The notes under the pieces are model-generated. The model was not told the DNA's origin. It was given only the letters and a program-made list of their open reading frames with translations, and made no database searches. Shown here in pieces: positions 63,483 through 64,000 of a DNA stretch of 64,000 nt; position 1 is the first letter of the stretch, and each line of letters opens with the position of its first letter. The translations under genes were made by a program, and so were the position numbers. Source of the stretch: a virus; the IMG/VR virus record IMGVR_UViG_3300045988_154312, positions 160,001 to 224,000 of that record; one strand, written 5' to 3'.

Positions 63483-64000
63483 ATGAGAGATTTAATTATT
63501 ATGCGAGGCTGTCCGGGTTGTGGTAAAAGTACAGCTATCGAAGAATCTGGTCTTAAAAATTATGTATTAAGTCCAGACGATATTCGATTAATGTTACGTG
63601 CCCCAGAAGTAAACGAAGACGGCGAATATCGCATTAGTCAACAAGATAATGCGTTAGTATTTCAAATATTGGATACGATGCTCGTTAATCGTATGAAAAA
63701 CGGTTCACCAACGATTATCGATGCGACTCATTGTAGTTCTGGTAAATGGCATACAAAACAAATTAATCGATATCGTGATCTTGCTAAAGAATATAAATAT
63801 CGATTATTCTATTGGGAACCAGAACGTGAAGATGTCGAAGTGTATGTCGAACGAAATAAATATCGTGACGAATTAAATCGTGTTCCGGAAAACGTAATTC
63901 GTAATATGTATCATAATTGGGAAACAATTAATTTGTCTAAAGATTTTACAAAATTAGATACATTAGCATTTCGTGATGATTTTAGTAATCTAATAAAAGA
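63483..64000 (+). CDS. P-loop kinase, polynucleotide-kinase/AAA_33-like (partial; runs off the window)
   Basis: Hand-translated open frame: MRDLIIMRGCPGCGKSTAIE...IIDATHCS.... No stop before 64000. Confidence 0.6.
   Translation, partial: MRDLIIMRGCPGCGKSTAIEESGLKNYVLSPDDIRLMLRAPEVNEDGEYRISQQDNALVFQILDTMLVNRMKNGSPTIIDATHCSSGKWHTKQINRYRDLAKEYKYRLFYWEPEREDVEVYVERNKYRDELNRVPENVIRNMYHNWETINLSKDFTKLDTLAFRDDFSNLIK

Overview
This 64-kb window looks like part of a large, AT-rich, lytic-type bacteriophage genome. The host is probably a low-GC Gram-positive bacterium, inferred from GGAGG-type Shine-Dalgarno (SD) sites, SigA-like promoters and gene content. Every credible gene is on the + strand. Layout: (1) 1-7.2 kb is a visibly more GC-rich block of about 10 genes. 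The first gene carries a SLOG/DUF1273-like domain, and the genes are separated by unusually long, highly structured non-coding spacers. (2) 7.2-11.0 kb (about 3.8 kb) has no credible ORF. It is packed with GCGA-rich islands, hairpin repeats, three tandem copies of a covarying hairpin element and a 4 x 14-bp direct repeat, so it may be a genome terminus, origin or regulatory hub. (3) 11.0-36.9 kb holds about 90 tightly packed small ORFs in early/host-takeover style, many with ATGA overlaps. They include a 22-member family of 55-75 aa proteins with a Tyr-rich C-terminal motif, a YopX-like pair, several duplicated gene pairs, two genes broken by in-frame stops, and a ~430-nt structured non-coding gap. 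(4) 36.9-38.8 kb is an IStron-like element: a group I intron core, tnpB and a putative omega RNA. (5) 38.9-64 kb starts with membrane and secreted proteins, then a replication, recombination and nucleotide-metabolism module. That module has a guanylate-kinase-like protein, ClpP, ClpX, SSB, ThyA, DHFR, a Rad52-like protein and an NrdG-like protein. Its RecA-like gene is split by a 213-nt ORF-less group I intron, and its Ycf46-like AAA+ ATPase by a ~1.5-kb group I intron encoding an HNH endonuclease. It ends with a DUF1257/DUF2997-like pair, a UvrD/PcrA-like helicase with an apparent frameshift, and a partial polynucleotide-kinase-like ORF. My top candidate for an undescribed regulatory system is a recurring GC hairpin (TCC loop) followed by GAAATC. 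Its stems differ between copies but always stay complementary, and several copies sit about 50-60 nt upstream of gene starts. No tRNA, rRNA or CRISPR array was recognised. All coordinates and structures were derived by eye, and no database search was possible.
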